Part shown: one piece after another, positions 35,701 through 47,248 of the stretch
Layout of the letters: each line of letters opens with the position of its first letter
How positions within the stretch are numbered: position 1 is the first letter of the stretch
Assembly (NCBI RefSeq): GCF_001194135.2
Contig: NC_068989.1
Span: 95,534,496-95,598,495, forward strand
From: Octopus bimaculoides
Taxonomy: Eukaryota
DNA length: 64,000 nt
Direction of reading: 5' to 3'
Translations under genes and position numbers: made by a program
Notes under the pieces: generated by a model
Seen by the model: only the letters and a program-made list of their open reading frames with translations
Told to the model about the DNA's origin: nothing
Database searches by the model: none

Positions 35701-38700
35701 GGTTGTTGCTGCTCTTATGCATGCAGTCATCCTGCACTGCATTTTAAAATAAAAGCTATTTGTCTGGTTAGTAAAGATACCCTCACTGATGCTTTAGTAT
35801 CTAGCTGTGTTTCTGTCCTCTGACTCTTCAACAAAACAAAGAAAAGCCTCTGGGTCTTCTGACTTGACTCAGTGCATAATCCCTCTCTACCATGGCCCAC
35901 CAACACAACTACCTTTTGCTGTTCTCTTGTCATGTCTCTTGCATTTCACATCTGAGATCCTACACTAAACACTTAACCAAGCAAAACAATAAGCAGCCTT
36001 TTGGAATTCCCTCTCCACCACCCAACATATTTCTTGCAAATATTGACCTTTTGGTATCCATACTGAGCATTAATCAACTGCAGCAATTTAACCAGTCTGG
36101 AAAAGAAGTAAGTGGAATACTGCAAAGGTCACGAGTTTCATACTTAGCTTCTTTTCACTAAAGAAGTCAAAAAGTTTATGAAAATCATTTAATCTTTTTG
36201 TTACGATACTTCTTTAAAAATATATTGCCTTTGTTTCAATTAATTTTGAAAATAATGAAAAATTTAACAAAATAACTTTCCCATAGTTAAAATGGTCAGC
36301 AAACACAGCTTCTAAAACAGTAGGGTACTGGTAGTAAGCAATATAAAAGTAGTCATCAAACATAATTGTCTCAAAGACTGTAGGGTTTTGGCTGGAAACA
36401 GGAATAATAAACAGGGTATAAACAAAGAAATGGGTGTAGTGTGGTTAAATATTTGTAGAAGTTAAGCAAACACAAACACTGTGGTGAAGGATAGAGTGAC
36501 ATTTCTAATAGAGAATCCCTATATTGTTTTAATCATGGTAAATATTTGGCTGATACAAATTTTAACTAACAAAGACACAAAGCTTGGACTTGTCAGGTTG
36601 AAAAACTTGCAGGCCTTTGAAATCTTTAAAGCAGAAATTCTAATTTCTTACATATTTATTGCCAATATGCAACTCATTTACTGCATCTAATAAAATCCAG
36701 TGTTCCAGTCAATGCTGCAGACAATTGGAGAATTCAATTAGATTCTCAAATGATTTTAAATGATTGTGTCAATAAGACCTGTTGAAGTTGTTCTCACTCT
36801 ATCACAAGAAAATAACAAATATTTGTAAATTCTAATTCATGTTACATTGTGAAATCCTTATTCAGGCTTTGATTACAGACTGCATATGTGTAATTTCTTT
36901 GTTAACATCAATAAGCAATGTGTACTGCATGTCTCACTCCATTTTATATTTAATATGTAGTCAAGAAAATGTCAGGCGTTGTTATACAAAATTTCACTAC
37001 TTCAATATTAATTGAGAATATCATTAAAACTTCTGGTAATGTCGTTATGCAACTTTTAATTTGCAAAGTAGAATTTGTAAGAACTTACTAAACTTTATAC
37101 TACACATATTACTTTCAAAACTAGATCTGGTAACAGGGCTGTCTTCTGCTCTTCAAGACATTAGAATACATTTTATAAATCCTGGGTGTCTAGCTAGTTG
37201 ATATATATTTTAAACGTTATGGTAAGTGTTGCTCTTATGTGTGTTTCGATTTGGTTTGTCATCACACTTTAAGAGACAATAGACTTTAATCCAATTTCAG
37301 AACACCACCATTGATGATTCTAACTTTAAGCAGTTGTAGCATTCTATGAACATTATTATAATCATTTGGAACTTCACAATGGAGGTTAGTTATCTCTTGT
37401 AACTTTGTATACAACGAGCGTAACAGATTGAATAAAAATTAATGTCTTAAAATACTACAAAAACAACAGATTTCTGAACAGTGATACAGATAATAGATAT
37501 TAATGTTTTGAACTGTTTACTGAATTTTACAGCTACATTAAATAGAATTTCTTCCCATTTAAAAAAAAAAACTCAAAATAAAAAAAATAAAAAAAGCCAT
37601 TTTAAATTGAAGTCAGTCATTCAACGTTAAATTGAATGTTGAATTTTTTTTTTATATAAAGTAAACAAAAGGAAGATGAATTATTATGGACTTCTGTTTA
37701 TGAACATCATCTATTATGTCAACAAAGACAAGGAAACAAGTTGTTTGACTAAAGCTTCTCTGCAAAATGTGAGAGGATTTAAATTCATAACATTTAACAC
37801 ATAAGTCCATTACTCTAACCAACTGGACCATGATTTTATGTAAACTTGTGCAAATGTAGAGCCTAAAAACAAAATTTATCCTTCCTTTAGCAGTCATTAA
37901 TGGAAAACAAAATTTACCTAATCTCTATATAACCCTGCATACATCACTTATATGAGATTGTCAAGCAGAATATTAAACTCTTCTTCTTTCAACCTTCCAA
38001 TAAACAAACACATCTTCCAAGATGAATTATATTAAATTAGTTTCATGACATCTTTCATAAAACTGAAAGATCGCTCCATGAAAGACTTTATCTCTTCCCT
38101 CTCCTATGTGAAATTGCTAGCAGTTGAAGTGCTAATTCTTTGTCTATTTAAGCTAGCCAAGTAAAGTTCTGTGAAAAGAAATTAGCCAGTTTACTTTTCG
38201 GCAGAAATATACATAATAACAGCATTTAGTTTAAGACCAAATAAAAGACAGTGAGAACGTTATAAAATTACACCTTAGGAAAATACAGTCTATAGAATTC
38301 ATTAAGAATGTTTAGTTGATCCTAAGTACACTAATCCAAGCACTTCAAACCACTCATCAACACACAAAATAATCAATCACCAAAGGAGACAGCAAATGTC
38401 TTTGCTAATTGCCTGGCTGCAGTGCTATGTTTCATTAAAAGGAATTATATATATGTAAAGTAATAATCTTTTTCACCTTTGGCATCTTAGAGACAGAAAG
38501 AGACCTTTAATCTCAGTAAATATAAGATTGAATTAAATCACTGCAAAAGAAGGCAACAGTACTAATGTGTTTTAGACAGATTTGGCAAGTAACAAAAGAA
38601 CTAATGAATCATAAAATATCAAATTCTGGGTGAGACAAATTCCTTATGAGCTAAAGCAAGAATTTAATGACATGGTAGGCAAGCCAAAGTTTGTAGTTGG

Positions 38701-38899
38701 CCAGTCCACCATTTATTAAATGATTGTAATGAGTTAAATTGTAGTAACAAACACTTAGATTCGCACCTTTGTAGCTAAGACATATAATAAGAATAATATT
38801 TGTAAAATGGAAAGCTTGAAAATAGAACTTTAAATATTAAAAATTCACCAGGAATATTTGCTATACACATGTTTATGGGTATGTGTGTCAGACTCCCAC

Positions 38900-39765
38900 T
38901 TCCACCCGACCCACACCAAACTGTACATCCATTACTCTCAGTCTCTCCATCTCTGCAGTGATGACTATGACTTTGAGGCACAATCCCAACTCTTGGTTCG
39001 CCACTTCACCCAAAGGGGATAGCCCACCACTGTTATCCATACTGCCCTTGCCTGTTTCCAATCTGTTGACAGTGCATCCACTCTCTCCCAGCACCTCCCC
39101 CACACATAACCACCCTCCTTCCCCCTTTACATATCTCACCTTCACCGCACCATTTTACATACTTTCCTATTTGACCCCTCCACTTCTCACATCTTTCCTA
39201 GCCCATCCCTCCCTTCCTTCAAATGCACTTGTAACCCACATGATCTTCAGGTCTGGAGCTTCTTTCTTTGCTTTTGCCCATGTTGCTACACCTATCACTT
39301 CCTCCCCAACACCACTATCCTTATCAGCACTACTGCCACCCATACAACATCATTAACTCATTCCCTTGCACCTCCAGTGATTTGATCTACTGCAGCCTCT
39401 GCTCTCTGTCCCACTCCCTGTACACTGGTCAAGCTGGTCAGCACCTAACTGACTGGTTTGCTGAACATCTTTAGGATATCAGACTCAGGAATGACATACC
39501 AGTTCCACACCATTTTTGCTCGACCAGTCATTCTCTGAAATATCGGTGTTCAGACTGGCCTTGCACAGAGACCCCCTACATTCCCACCTCCATTGTGAGC
39601 AGAAATTTATTTCTTCTCTCATATTTTAGTACCTCGTGGTCTCAATTCTCCACCTCTTTTCATCTAAACCCACCTCCCACCTTCCACTGTTCCCTCCTTC
39701 TCTACACCATTTAATTTATTACCTACACTACAAACATCTTTTGCCCATACAGCAGATGCATACAA

Positions 39766-39790
<25 letters not shown>
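38900..39790 (+). mobile_element. Penelope-like element, RT linker and GIY-YIG endonuclease, degenerate
   Basis: RTILHTFLFDPSTSHIFPSPSLPSFKCTCNPHDL, CPCCYTYHFLPNTT, SFPCTSSDLIYCSLCSLSHSLYTGQAGQHLTDWFAEHL*DIRLRNDIPVPHHF, EQKFI and PRGLN form the canonical PLE C-terminus. Confidence 0.85.
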
Positions 39791-39800
<10 letters not shown>

Positions 39801-39879
39801 CACTCACATTCGTCCCATTTCACACGCTAGTTATCTTTCAGTGTCAACATTTAGAGTTACATGAAACAGTTGAATAGGG

Positions 39880-40014
39880 ACAGGCTTGGCTGTGTGGCTT
39901 TGAGTTCAGTCCTACTGCGCAGCACCTTGGCCAAGCGTGGGCCATAACCCTAGGTTGAGCAATGCCCTTTGAGTGGATTTGCTAGATGGAAAGTGTGTGG
40001 AAGCCCATCTTATG

Positions 40015-40054
<40 letters not shown>

Positions 40055-40245
40055 TTACCTCACTGCTTGGTAACTGATATTGGTTTGTTTATGTCCCTAT
40101 ATCTGAGTGGTTCAGCAAAAGAGACTGATAGAATAAGTATGAAACACTAAAAAAAAAAAGTAGTGGGTTCAATTTGTTCAAGAAAATCATTCAAGACAGT
40201 GCCCAACATGGCCACAATCCAATGACAGAAAAAAGTAAACGATAA
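39880..40245 (+). mobile_element. Family A SINE copy ending ~25 bp from the RXYLT1 exon donor
   Basis: ggctgtgtgg..gagttcagtcctactgcgcagcaccttggcc..gagtggatttgctagatggaaa..(TG)n..ggttcagcaaaagagactgatagaataagta..catggccacaatccaatgacagaaa. Confidence 0.85.
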
Positions 40246-40271
40246 AAAAAAAGTAGAAATGTCATAGTTAC

Positions 40272-40371
40272 TTGAATCGAATATTGTTGATTTTCTTCAT
40301 ACCATAGCTCCACATACCACCAAGCTTACGTTCGAGATGTCCATTCAAAATATGCTCCCACAAGTATAATC
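40272..40371 (-). CDS. RXYLT1: Internal coding exon (100 nt, phase 1 to phase 2) of a ribitol-5-phosphate xylosyltransferase 1 (RXYLT1/TMEM5)-like gene
   Basis: The minus strand reads tatatttttctttttccag|GA TTA TAC TTG TGG GAG CAT ATT TTG AAT GGA CAT CTC GAA CGT AAG CTT GGT GGT ATG TGG AGC TAT GGT ATG AAG AAA ATC AAC AAT ATT CGA TTC AA|gtaact. The acceptor is strong, the frame is open, and read-through of the donor hits TAA. The peptide GLYLWEHIL matches the RXYLT1 motif AAIGLYLWEHIFEG as recalled; no database search was run. Confidence 0.8.
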
Positions 40372-40824
40372 CTGGAAAAAGAAAAATATATAAAAAATAG
40401 AATTTAAAAGAAGCCACTCTATCTGATTCAGTACTTTGACATTAGTCAACATGTTGAAATAGTGGAGTGAATTTAGTGGATAAATTTCAAATCTAAGCAG
40501 AAATATGGACCTTTGTCTATCTAACGTTCAAGCAATTGAAATAGTAAAAATCTGAAGTTACTCTCTTCTGATAGTTGTAATACTATTACGTCAGTCAAAG
40601 CAAGCAAGTTGATACAGATCATAGATTAAAGAATGAACCACATTATCTACTTCGGTGTATGATTTACTCTCTTCAAATCACATTGAAATTAAATTTCCCC
40701 TTGACTACACTGCTGTAAATAAATTACATAATAGAAATGATAGTAGTGGGGTTGAGTCGATCAACTGTGCTTCTATTTAGTAAACTTAGCTTTGTGCTTC
40801 AGAGGAAATGAAACAACAACAAGG

Positions 40825-41060
40825 ACCATTGCTATCATCATCATTTTGACATAGATCGGGGTGAGTTTCACAGCATCTCATAACCCACTCTGGTCTTTCA
40901 TCTCATCACTTGCCATTGCACTTTGTCACCTGACACACACAGCAACACAGAAAACCTCACCAACTCAGTTCTGTTGTACGTCCACAACACAGACTGCATG
41001 TCATTTATTAAACCACCATTACTAGAGAGGCTGGTTGTCTGCAACTGGACTAAAGAGACT
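40825..41060 (-). mobile_element. RTE-like LINE 3' terminus with (GAT)n tail
   Basis: The minus strand ends ...gatgctgtgaaactcaccccgatctatgtcaaaatgatgatgat, preceded by a decayed ORF2 end. Confidence 0.4.
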
Positions 41061-41818
41061 CCTATAGCCTGCATCAGTTGTTATTGAGAGCCACTGCTCT
41101 CCTGGTTGTGTGTCACTTGCAATGTGGTTCACAGAGTTTCAATGGTTCAATCAATGGAACAATCTCTCACTGAATTACAATAGAAGTGGCTTAACTGAGT
41201 ATTTCACAGATATTTGCACTCATAATGTACCTTCTGGTAGACCAAGGCACTGTCTGGCATGGCTATGTACTAGCACCAGAGGAACCATTCATTTGACAGG
41301 TTTCAACACAGTTTCTATCTGTCAAGCTTCATTCACATAGCATGTGTTACACACACAAGCATATGCACACACACGCACACACACTCATAGATATAAACAA
41401 AGGTGAGCTAAAAGAAATAATTTAGAGGCTAGTGGTATGTATTGGAAGAACATAGACAAACAGAGATATATCAAATACCGTGCAATATAAATTTTTGATT
41501 CATTTAGATTATCTCTGCTTCTGGAGTATGTATCATAATTACCCATTGCCAAATGTGATCAGCTCCATATTAGAAGGGAAGATGATCTCAAGAATTAAAT
41601 ATTCACTAAAGTTGCTATGCCATAATGTATGAATGTATATGTGTAAGTATGCATATATATATATGTGCGTGTGTGTATATCATCATCATCGTTTAACGTC
41701 CGCTTTCCATGCTAGCATNNNNNNNNNNNNNNNNNNNNNNNNNNNNNNNNNNNNNNNNNNNNNNNNNNNNNNNNNNNNNNNNNNNNNNNNNNNNNNNNNN
41801 NNNNNNNNNNNNNNNNNN

Positions 41819-41855
<37 letters not shown>

Positions 41856-42179
41856 AAGAGGGAGAGAGCATGTACATATATACACACATACATGTGTATG
41901 TACATATACGCATATGTCCTGACATGCAGGAAATTCTCTTTATCAGAAAACTACCAATAAGAGAAACCAAAGCATTAGGAAGATTCAACAGAATTGCTTT
42001 CTATGGAAGTGCAAAAGAATATGGTTCAGGAAGTAATCATTTAAAACCAGAGCAGTTTCAACATTCAGTATCTATTTGATTTTCAGTCGGTAACAAAAAG
42101 AAAAAAAGAAAAAAAGATTTATTATTTACTGTCTCTGAAGGTGCTTCACATACCCAAGATATATATTAATTTGAATGAT

Positions 42180-42440
42180 TCTCTGCTACAGTCTTGTAAG
42201 TTTCCAATCATTCCTTTGCTGTTCTACTGCCTAAGTTCAGTGAACCAAGAAAGACATCATGAATATAGCCACCAACCTTACTGTATCATACCTTCACTTG
42301 GTTACCAAAACTCTTCACTCGCCAGTTGTTACTTTACACAAAGCAATTCTGTATTACCTTTCCATGGTACAATCAACTCAACAACCATAACCATTTCATC
42401 AAATCATGTCATAACACTAAGACCGTTGTTATTTCAGCAT
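42180..42440 (-). mobile_element. REL-endonuclease relic of a HERO/NeSL/CRE-like retrotransposon
   Basis: EMVMVVELIVPWKGN..Q*GWWLYS..SKGMIG resembles the LLIELTVPWEE..RGW...PVEVGCRGF motif series; many stops. Confidence 0.4.
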
Positions 42441-44501
42441 GAGATTGAAAGAATAGTCATTTAAGTCACTGTAAAGACTTGGTTTTTGTTTTCCTGTATT
42501 TATCATATTGCATGGTTGTTTGTTACCTCTCTTATGGAAAACCAGAGTATTTATTTTGTTTTGGAAATTCCGCTTTCCTGGGATAATTCTGAATTAATGT
42601 TAGACTCCAGCGAGAAATATTAAAACCTGGCTGTGTATATTTGTCAAGGAATGACTTGCATGTGGTCAGAATATTGTCAAATAATGAGTGTGTGGCAATC
42701 GGCAGAGTTAGCCAAGCCCTATATTAGTTTGGCAAAGAATAGAAGTACATTATGCAACAACTTGAGAAGACGGAAAGAGAGAGAGACACACACACACACA
42801 TGTAATAGTGTAATAGGGAAAAGAATTACTTGCAAATTGCTTAAGAGCTTAAAATGCATATAATATGAAGAACAATACAAAATTGGTAGGAAAGTAAGGA
42901 AAAATGCATAAACACAAGTGACTTATTGATAACAAAAGGAATGTCTTCAAAATATAAGATTCCAGTAATAAAGGAATCTATCGGTAATAAACAGAATATC
43001 AGTTTTGTTGTTATATAAGCATTCAATACCTCATACAATCATGTCTGTAAGTGCCAGCTGACATATGCATGTGCACACACGCATTAAGAAATTGTGTTTT
43101 CAATCACAAGGAATTTGGATAATTACAACTTACATTGAATTTAAATGTATGAAAGAAAACAGGAATTGGAGGTAAGAGTTATTAGTATTACAAAATAAAG
43201 AAATAAAAATGGGCATGTAAGAAGGAGATAGGAAGAAGAAAACCAATGTAGGGAATTATATAGCCTGCTGATGATTAGATCAAACTATATGGAAGAAAAC
43301 ACACTGATCCTATAGATTATGTGTGTATAAATGTGTGTGTACTGTGCATGCACACACACACATTCATATACATAAACATTGCATATATCTCTTCAACCTG
43401 AAATTCTTAAGCAGAAGTTCAATGCTTGCAGTGCAAACAGCAAGCAATATATTAAGCTGTATGAGTTACCAGCAACTTAAACATTGCACTTACTATAATA
43501 GAGTACTAAAACAGCATAGAGTGGGGGAAATGGTTTACCAGAGTGAACTTACTTTGAAGTTAAATTCATACATAAAATATGGTTATTTAATTTAGTTGAA
43601 CTCGTTTTGGTAAAAATTATACCCTTTCTCATGACGGGCTTATAGTGAAAGTCATTTATATATATATATATAAAGAGAAAGAAAGAGAGAGCAACAGAGA
43701 TAGATAGATATCTAAAATATTGAATATAGAATTAGACACGTTAAAATAAGAATCAACATTCAGATTGGTAACAAGACTAAAATGTAACTAAAGAACAAAA
43801 ATAGAAAGAAAAAAAAAACAAACATTAAAAAACAAACTTAAATATATTCAAGAAAATAAAATTGTAAATGTCATTGAAATTATACAACTTTTACTCTACT
43901 TTTATATTCCTTTAATTCTAAAACATGCAAATCATACAAGACAAAAAAACTCTCCTAAAGAATATACACTGAATATTTCAAATGTTTCATAGAATGCAAG
44001 AATTTAAAATTCATTGAGGCTGTTTAACTAGTAGAATTCTTCATTGAAAACGGAGGACAATTTTGTGGAATAAAGAATTCAGGAAAAAAAAAAAAATTAA
44101 TAATAACTACCAAAAATATAATTTTACATATCAATACAACACTGACAAGAAAAGATAAGGAATTCTACAAAGTTAAATGAAAATAAGAGAAAAGTTATCA
44201 GAAATAAAGTATACAGCTAAGTCACTATCACGACAAGTTAGTGGTGTATTTTCTTTATACAGAAAATAGAAATAAATGTAAATATATTAAATGCTTTGTT
44301 CATAAAAGCAAAATAAGTTTATTATGTGGATATATTGGTTTTGTCTGGCAAATAGAGAGAGAGAGAGTAAAAATATTCCATTAATACCCAGCAAGCATAG
44401 AAGGTTTGAGTGATTTTGGAATGGAAGACATTTCCATCCTTCAAAAACATAAACACAAACAAATAAATACATATATTCATACAGATGTATGCACATATGT
44501 C

Positions 44502-44610
44502 AGTAGCTGTGTGGTAAGAAGCTTGCTTACAAACCACATGGTTCTAGATTCAGTCCCACCATGTGGCACTTTGGGCAAATGTCTTCTACTGTAGCTTCAG
44601 GTTGACCAAA
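44502..44610 (+). mobile_element. Family A SINE 5' half (tRNA-like head)
   Basis: tagctgtgtggtaagaagcttgcttacaaaccacatggttctagattcagtcccaccatgtggcactttgggcaaatgtcttctactgtagcttcaggttgaccaaa, then similarity stops abruptly. Confidence 0.8.
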
Positions 44611-45178
44611 ATAAATTTTAGTCCTGATTTTCTAACTTTATTCCTCCCCTTTTTTCCTTCTCCCTCCCCGCTTCTCTTCGTTTTGTTTTTGGCCATTGAT
44701 ATTATGGTTTTACTTATAAATAATATCACTCTTCTACTACCCCACATTAATATATATATCTTATTTTAACTATAAATGTTTGTCTTGTTCTAATTTAATT
44801 ATTAATGTTCTCTATGGTTTTAAATTTAGTACTTTAATGTTTTGTTGTATTATTCTAAATATACTGACAAATAGATATATTCTTAATAATTCTCCAATAT
44901 CTTGACCTAAATTCCCTTACCTTAAGTTTCCTCTAGCCACTCCTTAGGGTATTGTCCTTCCATTTTCATTTTTATTTCTATATATATTTTTTTCTCCTTT
45001 TTTCTTATCTCTTTTTTTTTTTCTCTTGCTTGATTTACCCCTAACCTGCTGTCCATTACTACTTAATCTACCTTCCTCTAAATTGAAATTACTGCTATTT
45101 TACCCCTCCAATTATAATATATAGAAATTAAATTCATGTTTGATTCACTAGACTGTTGATTAGCAGCCCAGTCAAGAT

Positions 45179-45452
45179 GTGAGTGGATTTGGTAGACGGA
45201 AACTGAAAGAAGCCCGTCGTATATATGTATATATATGTATGTATATGTGTTTGTGTGTCTGTGTTTGTCCCCCTAGCATTGCTTGACAACCGATGCTGGT
45301 GTGTTTATGTCCCTGTCACTTAGCGGTTCAGCAAAAGAGCCTGATAGAATAAGTACTAGGCTTACAAAGAATAAGTCCCGGGGTCGATTTGCTCGCCTAC
45401 AGGCGGTGCTCCAGTATGGCCGCAGTCAAATGACTGAAACAAGTAAAAGAGA
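45179..45452 (+). mobile_element. Family A SINE 3' half, young (CpG-rich)
   Basis: gtgagtggatttggtagacggaaactgaaagaagcccgtcg..cttagcggttcagcaaaagag..ggggtcgatttgctcg..ggcggtgctccagtatggccgcagtcaaatgactgaaacaagtaaaaga. Confidence 0.9.
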
Positions 45453-45484
45453 GATATAATGTAATATAGTATATATCTTTTTTA

Positions 45485-45835
45485 TCTTTTACTTGTTTGA
45501 GTCATTATACCTCGCCCATGCTGGGGCAGTGCCTTGAAGAATTTTAGTCAAACAAATTTACCCGAGGACTTATCTAAGCCTGGTACTTATTCTCTTTTGC
45601 CAGTTTGCTAAGTTACAGGGACATAAACACACTAAAACCAGTTGCCAAGCAGCGATGGGGGTCAAACATATACACAAACACACACACACAGATATACATT
45701 ATGGACTTCTTTCAGTTTCCATCTGCCAAATCTACTCACAAAAATTTTGGTCAACCGGAGGCTATATAAGACACTTGCCCAAGGTGCTATGCAGTGGGAC
45801 TGAACACAGAACCATGTGGTTGGGAAGTCAATGCA
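45485..45835 (-). mobile_element. Family A SINE copy, tail-to-tail with 45179-45452
   Basis: tcttttacttgtttgagtcatt..gctaagttacagggacataaacacac..cttctttcagtttccatctgccaaatctactcac..gacacttgcccaaggtgc..accatgtggttggg. Confidence 0.9.
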
Positions 45836-45989
45836 CACCCACCAACTTTCTTTTTCGCAAAGATCATTGTAACTCTTCCCATTCCGTTTCACTTCCTTAT
45901 TTGCCCCATTTTTTTTGCATTGTGTGTGTGTGTGTGTGTCTGTGTAAATTTCATATATGCTTAATATATAAATATACACAGACACACAC

Positions 45990-46330
45990 ACAGAGCTTTG
46001 GTAGGCCCTCATTTCTATGTATTGTATCTCTTTGAACAACATCAATACATTTGAGTGACCCTCATCCTGTATCTGAGCGTGCAAGTCTCCAAACTATAAC
46101 ATTCAGCATGACCAGAGTGATAATTGAAGCCAGCAAAAACTAATCTGCATTGAACAACAGTAGCAGGCAAGGGTGGACTATTTCCATACTCCTCCTTCAA
46201 CTCTTTGCTGCAGTGATCACCTCATGAGATGTTTTCATCCTGCATGATGAATCTCATTTACATTGCATATCAGAAAGTCTTTCTTCTTGTCAGCAACATA
46301 GGAACCACCACACACTCACACAATAATTGA
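45990..46330 (-). mobile_element. Weak LINE RT fragment
   Basis: Faint similarity to the QG..LSPLLFN region (PCLLLLFNA). Confidence 0.25.
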
Positions 46331-46946
46331 AACAATCTTTCTTAGAGTTAATCAGGAGTTGAAATATGTTTGAACATATATCTATTTGCCAAATGAAATT
46401 CTGACAAAAAGTAAAAGAATGATTAGGTATGCTATGCTTTTAAACAGTGTGAATAAAACAGGTTAACAGTGATGATGTACTGTTAGTAGCATGCAGTAAA
46501 AGTCTGAGTTAGCATTTAAAAACTGACATAAAGAAATCCTTAGTGTAGTGACATTTTTGTTTGTGTTGATTGAATATGTATTGAACAAAAGTGCAGTGCT
46601 TCTCTTATTCAGCAGTTCTCATGATAGCTAAAAGTATTTCAACAAGACAAATACACGTCTTTGAACAAATAGATTTTCAGATATATTTTTTTCCCAATGT
46701 TAATAATATAACCAAGTTAATGTACTCTCCACTCTTCAAAGATATTCTCTGTTTTAGAAGAAAAGAATAAATGAGAAGGAATAATAGTATTGATCCTGAA
46801 ACATCTTAGATTCCTGGTTTCTCAGAAACTGAAAATCTGATGCATCCATCTCAGTAAAAAAATTTAATAACAATATTACAGATACATCTTAATCTTTACT
46901 TCAATTAAGTATAGTATTTTGAAATTAACCTACAATTACTATGATA

Positions 46947-47248
46947 GGTTGCCAGTACCGCCTGACTGGCTCCTGTAGGATTTTCGAGCGAGATCGTTGC
47001 CAGTGCCCCTGGACTGGCTTGTGCGGGTGGCACATAAAAGACACCATTTCGAGCGTGGCCGTTTTCGTGCGGGTGACACGTAAAAGCACCCACTACACTC
47101 TCTGAGTGGTTGGCGTTAGGAAGGGCATCCAGCTGTAGAAACTCTGCCAAATCAGACTGGAGCCTGGTGTTGCCATCCGGTTTCACCAGTCCTCAGTCAA
47201 ATCGTCCAACCCATGCTAGCATGGAAAGCGGACGTTAAACGATGATGA
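46947..47248 (+). mobile_element. Young copy of the (GAT)n-tailed RTE-3'-end or SINE-like family
   Basis: Contains aaaagcacccactacactctctgagtggttggcgttaggaagggcatccagctgtagaaac...ccaacccatgctagcatggaaagcggacgttaaacgatgatga. Many CpGs are intact, unlike the surrounding DNA. Confidence 0.85.

Noticed and set aside
37814-37862. Minus-strand 49-nt exon-like unit with a strong acceptor
   Set aside because: Its 3' half is a decayed tRNA-SINE head (gtccagttggttagagtaatggact).
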